This document shows positions 57,207 to 64,000 of a stretch of 64,000 nt of DNA, one piece after another. Source of the DNA: an uncultured Nitrososphaeraceae archaeon (GTDB lineage Archaea; Thermoproteota; Nitrososphaeria; Nitrososphaerales; Nitrososphaeraceae). The notes below the pieces were generated by a model that worked only from the letters and a program-made list of their open reading frames with translations, searched no databases and had not been told where the DNA came from. Numbering within the stretch: position 1 is the first letter of the stretch; each line of letters starts with the position of its first letter. The stretch lies in NCBI GenBank assembly GCA_963837175.1, contig CAWIMJ010000009.1:1-64000 (forward strand), in the 5' to 3' direction. Both the position numbers and the translations under genes were made by a program.

Positions 57207-58332
57207 CTAATTTGTCTTATCTTCTGTAATAAATAATAAACTTTTACCTAAGCGAGACAAAATAACCTATAATATACTTACAGAGTAACCTATCTCATTA
57301 TTTCTGAGCGAAGTTGAGATGCTAAATGAAACACTACATAATAGATTTGCAGAAACAACAACAAAAGAACATGCACAAATTCCATGTAGAGTTTATGCGG
57401 ATATCTATGGACATGGATTAAAATATTGCAATGAGTATTAGCAGAGTCTTTCTATCAGAAGATGACAGGAATATGATAAACGATACTACTACTAGAAAGA
57501 TGAAAAGACATAGATAGATAAAATCCACTTAGATATTTAATAATGATAATCTAATAATGCAAGTATATACTTGCCATCGAGTACTATCTTCAGAGTAAAT
57601 ATGTCTATTAATAGTTCGCATGCTTGAAGATAGTGCAATAACTGATGATGAAGAGAGACAAAGACTACCAGAATTAAGATATTGGGTGGGAATTATTCCG
57701 TATTCTTACCATAATATTCAGAATACGGTTTCTGTTCCCATTACCCAAAGGTCTATTGAGGGTACTTCTATACATAGTAATTATGTTATATAATAATTTC
57801 TCCTAACAATATACTATATATTAGGAAATTATCAATTTATCACCTTAGAAGGCAACACGCCGCATATAATTAGAACATGAGAAATTGTGCCAATGAAGAT
57901 AACAATAACAATAATGAGATGTGCTGTACTCAATCATAGTGATGGCGGAAATGACTTAAGAGAACACTTAACATCATTGTAAATAAGGAAGTTTAATGGT
58001 GTAAAAGCAAATTTTAGAATAATCAGTAACTACTCTAGAGAAGTATGATATAGTATTACTTAAACCAGTCAAGTGGCAGATATTATCTACACAAAGATAA
58101 ACGTGCAAGATATTAAAGGAAAACAGGCTGAGAAGATAATCAGGCAAGCGCTTGCTTGTCTAATACAAATGACGATGACCAAATTGATATCTTGGTAACA
58201 TCGATAACTTTGGTCATGATAGCTTTCCATTTGCAAATATCAACAGAGTACAATTGTTACATCTTAACATTAACTTATTTGTTTCAATTGGCTAAGTGAT
58301 TCTTATATTCCACTTAATTTGATAATCAAATT

Positions 58333-58503
58333 ATGAAGACATTATCCTGTCGTGAAGCTGGATGTGAATGCGACTATATTGCTAAAGGAGAAACAGAAGA
58401 AGAGGTTATTAGAGATGCCATAGATCATTACATTGCAGAACATGGTATATGCGGCATAGTCAATGCTGTTATGTTACTTAGTGCTTCCTTTTGTTGCATT
58501 TAG
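58333..58503 (+). CDS. DUF1059 small metal-binding protein, C-terminus replaced
   Basis: MKTLSCREAGCECDYIAKGETEEEVIRDAIDHYIAEHG. Confidence 0.75.
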   Translation: MKTLSCREAGCECDYIAKGETEEEVIRDAIDHYIAEHGICGIVNAVMLLSASFCCI

Positions 58504-58700
58504 GATTAATCCAGCAATCTCCTCTGGGTGTGATACAAGTCACGCATGGCTAGAGTTGACTGATATAGTGATAGGTTGGATTTGTTTTGCTAAGAGACGC
58601 TGTGCATCAGGAGGAATGATGTCGTTGCTCCCAGACACCTGAAACCATGTCAAAAATTGATTCCAAGCTGGAAGGCGAGATTTTTCAGCAAGAATTGAAT
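58470..58700 (-). pseudogene. Alpha/beta hydrolase C-terminal remnant
   Basis: DIIPPDAQRLLAKQI...NSSHA*LVSHPEEIAGLI. Confidence 0.65.
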
Positions 58701-58850
58701 GATTAGTTGGCTTCTGCACAATTGCTTATAAGATCAGCATTCCAATTCTAATTGATAGGATTTGAATCGGCCTATCATTGAAGTCTTATTGCTAAAATTG
58801 GCTTTTCAAAATCTAATATAGCAAAACAAATTGATGAAATCAACAATAAC

Positions 58851-60161
58851 TTACCAGTCACCTTTTCTGATCCTCAACAGTCGGAAAGATAGGATAAAAA
58901 CTGTGAATATGACTCCGGCACTAATTAGAAAAGTAGTTTTCCCAAACAAATTATACAAAAGACCTCCTGCTGTTAATCCAATAATACTTGCGAGGCTTGC
59001 AAAACTACTTGCAATACCTTGTACTGCACCTTGATGAATAGTTCCTGCACGCTTTGAAAGTATTGACACTACGGATGGCCACATTAGACCATTACCAACT
59101 GCAAATAATATCGCTGCCCCATAAATTAAGGCAATATAATTTGATACAAACAAAACGAAATTTGTACCTAAAATAAGACTACCAATTACTACTAATTTTT
59201 CCTCAGAGAATTTTTTTAATGCCTTACGTAGAATAGGGCCTTGAACTAAAACCATGATACCGCTTAGTATTGCAAAAAATATTCCCATTTCTGTTACTGT
59301 CCACCCCAAGCCAGATACAGCATGAATAGGAAAGGAAGTGTAAAAGATGTTAAACCCAAGAAAAATAAAAAAATACAATAAGAGCAAAAACGAAATATGC
59401 TTTAAATGGAAAACATCTAGGAATTTAAGTCTCTGGGGGTTTGAAGTCTTGTAGCACTCCTTGCATTCAAATGCAAAGACTTTTCCAACATTTTGTATTT
59501 CTTTTTCTGGATTTACTATTACTGATGAAGACTTGGATTCCTTTAGAGTGAAGTTTATCACAACTAAGATAGCTAAAGAGAGAAACAGGGCTGCCAGTAC
59601 GGGTAATTTTTCTCCATAAATTGTTGCACCTAAAATCCCTGCTATGGCAGGTCCAACAATAAAACCTATATTAGACGATATTGCCATTTTCCCAAAATTT
59701 TTGCTCCTATTTTCTTCTGATGAAACATCGGAAACGTATGCATCTGCGACAGAAACATTGCCACCGGTAAGACCATCTATAGCTCTGGCAAAGAATAGTA
59801 CAACTATTGGAAGAGTTATAGTAATCATTCCAATTATTGTAGAATTAATACTAAAGAGATTTTGAATAGGTAAAATTAATGCAATAAGGAAAATAACCCA
59901 TCCAGCTAGCGTTCCTCCATGACTTAAGAGAAGAATCTTTTTCCTTCCATAAATATCAGACCATCGTCCTAAAATAGGAGCCCCAATAAGTTGTAAAGCA
60001 GGATACGTTGCAGCAAGTATCCCATAGACTATAGCATTTCCACCAAAATCTGTAACTAAAAAAACCAGAAAAGGGAGAACAATACTAAAACCCAGAGTGC
60101 CTATAAAATTAATCAATAATATAGGAAAAAGTGAAATCTGTTCCTTGTGTACGCTTGCCAA
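58851..60161 (-). CDS. MFS transporter, TetA/DHA1-like
   Basis: GFSIVLPFL, APILGRWSDIYGRK, ARAIDGLTGGNVSVA, GFIVGPAIAG. Confidence 0.92.
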   Translation of the reverse strand: MASVHKEQISLFPILLINFIGTLGFSIVLPFLVFLVTDFGGNAIVYGILAATYPALQLIGAPILGRWSDIYGRKKILLLSHGGTLAGWVIFLIALILPIQNLFSINSTIIGMITITLPIVVLFFARAIDGLTGGNVSVADAYVSDVSSEENRSKNFGKMAISSNIGFIVGPAIAGILGATIYGEKLPVLAALFLSLAILVVINFTLKESKSSSVIVNPEKEIQNVGKVFAFECKECYKTSNPQRLKFLDVFHLKHISFLLLLYFFIFLGFNIFYTSFPIHAVSGLGWTVTEMGIFFAILSGIMVLVQGPILRKALKKFSEEKLVVIGSLILGTNFVLFVSNYIALIYGAAILFAVGNGLMWPSVVSILSKRAGTIHQGAVQGIASSFASLASIIGLTAGGLLYNLFGKTTFLISAGVIFTVFILSFRLLRIRKGDW

Positions 60162-60274
60162 TATTCAGCTATTATCCTGGATCTTTAACCATTGTCTGTG
60201 TATTAGTCATAAGACTAGAAAATTTGATAGTAGTGATATTTTGATTACCTGTAAATAAAGGTAATGTTTTGGAG

Positions 60275-61582
60275 CCTAGTCCACCAAGGCTTCCAATTCC
60301 GCCAGGTCCTCCTATGATGACCTATTGTTTAGTAGCGTGGATCCCATGGGCTACATCCCAAGGCCGCCAAGGCCACCAATTCCGCCAAGGCCACCTAATC
60401 CGCCAGGTCCACCAAGTCCGCCAATTCCGCCTAATTCCACCAAGGCCACCTAATCCGCCAATTCCGCCAGGTCCGCCTAATCCGCCAATACCGCCAAGGC
60501 TACCAATTCCACCAAGGCCACCGAATCCGCCTAATCCGCCAGGTCCACCGAATCCGCCTAATCCGCCAATTCCTCCGGGTCCGCCTAATCCGCCAATACC
60601 GCCAAGGCTACCAATTCCACCAAGGCCACCGAATCCGCCTAATCCGCCAGGTCCACCGAATCCACCTAATCCGCCAATTCCTCCGGGTCCGCCTAATCCG
60701 CCAATACCGCCAAGGCTACCAATTCCACCAAGGCCACCGAATCCGCCTAATCCGCCAGGTCCACCGAATCCACCTAATCCGCCAATTCCGCCAGGTCCAC
60801 CGAATCCACCTAATCCGCCAATTCCTCCGAGGTCCACCTAATCCCCGGTCCACCGAATCCGCCAATACCGCCAAGGCTACCAATTCCACCAAGGCCACCG
60901 AATCCGCCTAATCCGCCAGGTCCACCGAATCCACCTAATCCGCCAATTCCTCCGGGTCCACCTAATCCGCCAATACCGCCAAGGCTACCAATTCCACCAA
61001 GGCCACCTGAATCCGCCTAATCCGCCAATTCCTCCGGGTCCGCCGAATCCGCCAATTCCGCCAGGGTCTACCAATTCCGCCAAGGCTACCTAATCCGCCA
61101 ATTCCCCGAGTCCACCTAATCCGCCTAATTCGCCAATTCCTCCGGGTCCGCCTAATCCGCCAGGTCCACCGAATCCGCCTAATTCCGCCAGGTCCGCCTA
61201 ATCCGCCAGGTCCGCCTAATCCGCCAGGTCCGCCTAATCCGCCAGGTCCACCAAGGCCACCTAATCCACCAAGGCCACCTAATCCTCCAATTCCGCCAAT
61301 TCCACCTAATCCGCCAGGTCCGCCTAATCCGCCAGGTCCGCCTAATCCGCCAGGTCCACCGAATCCGCCAGGTCCGCCTAATCCGCCAATTCCTCCGGGT
61401 CCGCCTAATCCGCCAGGTCCACCTAATCCGCCAGGTCCACCTAATCCGCCAGGTCCACCAAGGCTACCAATTCCGCGAGGTCCTAGGTTCGCATTGGCTA
61501 CTTGTAAAGTAGCAGTTGCACTTAACAGTCCAATTACTGATGCCAATAAGACACTAAAAACACCGATTTTTTTTGTATTCAT
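60275..61582 (-). CDS. Secreted glycine-rich (GGX)n protein; several frameshifts in the repeat array
   Basis: Signal peptide ending ANA, then more than 100 GGP/GGL/GGI/GGF triplets; 108-bp higher-order repeat. Confidence 0.8.
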
Positions 61583-61924
61583 TAGCAGTATCATTACGTC
61601 TTATTATATAAGAATTGTTTAACTATATTCCACATAGTATTCACATTGAATATTATTCAATAAAAAATTCCTGTTGTGCCTTTTTCACATCCTAGTCATT
61701 GAAGGAATCATCCTTTCAATAACATCCTTTTCAAATGATGAGTGCAATCTATCTACTAGTCCCAAAGAATTACATACTTCAAGACGCCATGTCTCTCCAT
61801 ATCAAAATAAATAATATGTTTACCATAGAATTTAATCAAAGCCGCATAAATGTCTCTCAACGAGTAGTTAATACAGCCCTATTCAGCAGACTATAAAATC
61901 TGAAACACTTTATAGAATAAATAG

Positions 61925-62120
61925 GATGGTTTTCTGGAGCTACATTCCCCAATGAAGCAGATTTTACTAGAGCTATGTTCTCTAGTAATGAGCCTAGAAC
62001 ATTTTTCAATTTCAATTATATAATATTTGAGCAGCCAAATAAGATCTCATTCGATGAAAATAACTTATCAAAAGTCTCATTTGCTGGCAGCGATATCACC
62101 AAATCTTATTTTGGTTATTT
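61925..62120 (+). pseudogene. Pentapeptide-repeat protein remnant
   Basis: FSGATFPNEADFTRAMF, NLSKVSFAGSDITK. Confidence 0.5.
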
Positions 62121-62368
62121 ATATAATTAATTATAAGATAGGTATCTATCTATCATCATTAGTAGTAATAATCATAATGCCTGATAATTAATGCTTGAGT
62201 ATATACTCATACTAGGGATTAATATATCCTCATGTATTGTATCATGAAGGATGGTTTGATATTTCAAAAAAGAGAGAATGACAAAAATAATAATTATTGA
62301 ATATTAAAGCCACTCTGATTATATCAAGGTGTCATCGAGACGTTTTTAGTTTATTTCAAGGAGCGTTT

Positions 62369-62758
62369 CTAACGGTCTTGAAATTTCTGAATCAGCTTTG
62401 TTAAGTTAGCTCCTACCTCTTCTTTGATCTGAGCAAGCTCTGATGCGTTTATTCCAAGCGCCTGAGATGCTTGTGTAAACTTTTCAGATAATGACTTAAA
62501 TGGACCTGACTCAACCAGACTAGTCAAATTGCTTGTAAGGTTTCCACCCTGTGGTAACGTCATATTCACACCTGATTCATTAACCGCTCCACGAAATTTT
62601 TCAACAAATCGTGGAAGTTTTTCCTGTGCCTGCGATAATGCTGAAGTTCTATTCTCGGATTGAGCATAAGTAATGATATTTGTAGCAGAAAATACGAACA
62701 AAGCTAAAGCTGAAATCAAACCTACTCCTATCAATATGAGCTTCCTTTCATTATTCAT
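62369..62758 (-). CDS. Secreted hypothetical helical protein
   Basis: Signal peptide ending TYA-Q; clean ORF. Confidence 0.7.
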   Translation of the reverse strand: MNNERKLILIGVGLISALALFVFSATNIITYAQSENRTSALSQAQEKLPRFVEKFRGAVNESGVNMTLPQGGNLTSNLTSLVESGPFKSLSEKFTQASQALGINASELAQIKEEVGANLTKLIQKFQDR

Positions 62759-63225
62759 ATATAATTTCATTTCATATAGACTTGAACAACTATAAATGTG
62801 TTATTAGATTGGCTCCCAGAGCCAAAGTTATACAAATAACTAGTATTTGCCTGGCTGTGGGGTTAGTTAGTGGGATACATATAGAAAATCAAAAGAACAG
62901 ATTTGTTGTAACTCATAATAATCACTTCGCATTATGTGGATCTACATGGATGTTTTTGTCTATACTAAATGCTTCGCTATTTAAGAGAAAAAATAATTCT
63001 ACAAATGAATCAGGCTATCCAATTTAGCTTTAAGCACACATTTTATCAATCAATTTTGATATGGATATATTTGCAACTAGATAGATAGAAGCTATAGTCA
63101 GAGTGTAGGCCTAGTATATCATAGCTCTGATAGAGATGTTATTGAATCTATTGACATGCTTCTGGGAATGGATAATATCGTTATATTCATGTGTAATTTT
63201 TTAATAGACTTTATATATCACAAGG

Positions 63226-63696
63226 ATGAGTATTCAAAACATGAAAATTGGCATTATTGCTGTCTTGATAACATCAGTTATGGGTTTGAGTCTAATTTCG
63301 CTCCCTTTTGAAAATGCACAAGCTGCTAACACAAAAGAACAAACACAAACACAAACCGGTGTGTTGGTCGGATATGGAGGACGACTTTTTGGGCTTGTTG
63401 ATATTTCATCAAATGGACACACGACAGAAGTTAATATTGCAACAAATTTTCAACCTCCTAATGGCAAGATTTTTGAGGCTTGGCTTGTAGATGGAGGAGG
63501 AGGTGCTTCTGGCTATCCTCTTAGCTTAGGACAGATCTTTAAATCCGGTACACTAAAATTCAATCAACACATGGTCAACGCATACACGTATACTGATTTA
63601 ATTATAACCCTTGAACCAGTGAACGATTTGGATCCTGGTGGTGCTTGGTCTCAAACAGTAGCAGCCTATCTTTTGGCTCCACCATTTGGAAAGTAA
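63226..63696 (+). CDS. Secreted protein with RskA-C/anti-sigma-like beta-sandwich
   Basis: Signal peptide; FEAWLVD...LSLG...LIITLEP..D.DP. Confidence 0.65.
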   Translation: MSIQNMKIGIIAVLITSVMGLSLISLPFENAQAANTKEQTQTQTGVLVGYGGRLFGLVDISSNGHTTEVNIATNFQPPNGKIFEAWLVDGGGGASGYPLSLGQIFKSGTLKFNQHMVNAYTYTDLIITLEPVNDLDPGGAWSQTVAAYLLAPPFGK

Positions 63697-64000
63697 CTAG
63701 ATGTATATGAGCTACTTCATAGATAAAAGAAGCAATACTTTCAATTTTTTGCTATGTATTTTTTAGATATAAAAATCTAAATTTGTTTGTGAATCTCATG
63801 CCTCTATTATATTCGTTATATTTGAATGCTTTTATCATATCATTTACTAACGGTAGGATATGGATGCTATAAATTATCAGTATCAAAAGAGTAATAATAA
63901 TAACAAGAAACTATCAAAGGTACTCTCTACAAAACTATCAATAGATGATTATAATGCATTTGTTATGCTAACCAAGATTGAATATGAAGCCGGATTAATA

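Noticed and set aside
60269-60841. Proline-rich plus-strand ORF or collagen call
   Set aside because: It is the antisense of the GGX gene, which has the signal peptide; GGX is not the collagen GXY pattern.

Overview
The window joins two unrelated sequences at about 7170/7171. Bases 1-7170 are GC-rich and bacterial (Myxococcota-like, by inference). They carry two tandem secreted Zn-phospholipase C-like proteins with barrel-like C-termini, a ricin-lectin/DUF4476 protein, a YihY protein, and a phasin-like/patatin/fabH operon cut off inside fabH. Bases 7171-64000 are AT-rich and archaeal, with gene content typical of soil ammonia-oxidising Nitrososphaeraceae (thermosome, C2H2 finger, CHRD, YVTN, HdeD, DUF1059, IS6). 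The most striking locus is 18873-24121: a sodium:solute symporter, a ureohydrolase of unknown guanidino substrate, a translationally coupled orphan urease-gamma-like subunit, and a convergent divergent thermosome with a His-rich metal-binding tail. Other notable items are an IS6-bounded 2.27 kb unit with an 8-bp target duplication carrying a YVTN beta-propeller gene, a patatin gene split across both strands next to an IS6 remnant, a bacterial-type GH5 endoglycoceramidase, a secreted (GGX)n protein, a 20-aa repeat beta-roll-like protein, and many decayed genes. Single-base frameshifts are common in both halves, so some 'pseudogenes' may be sequencing errors. All assignments come from motif reading only; no searches were run.
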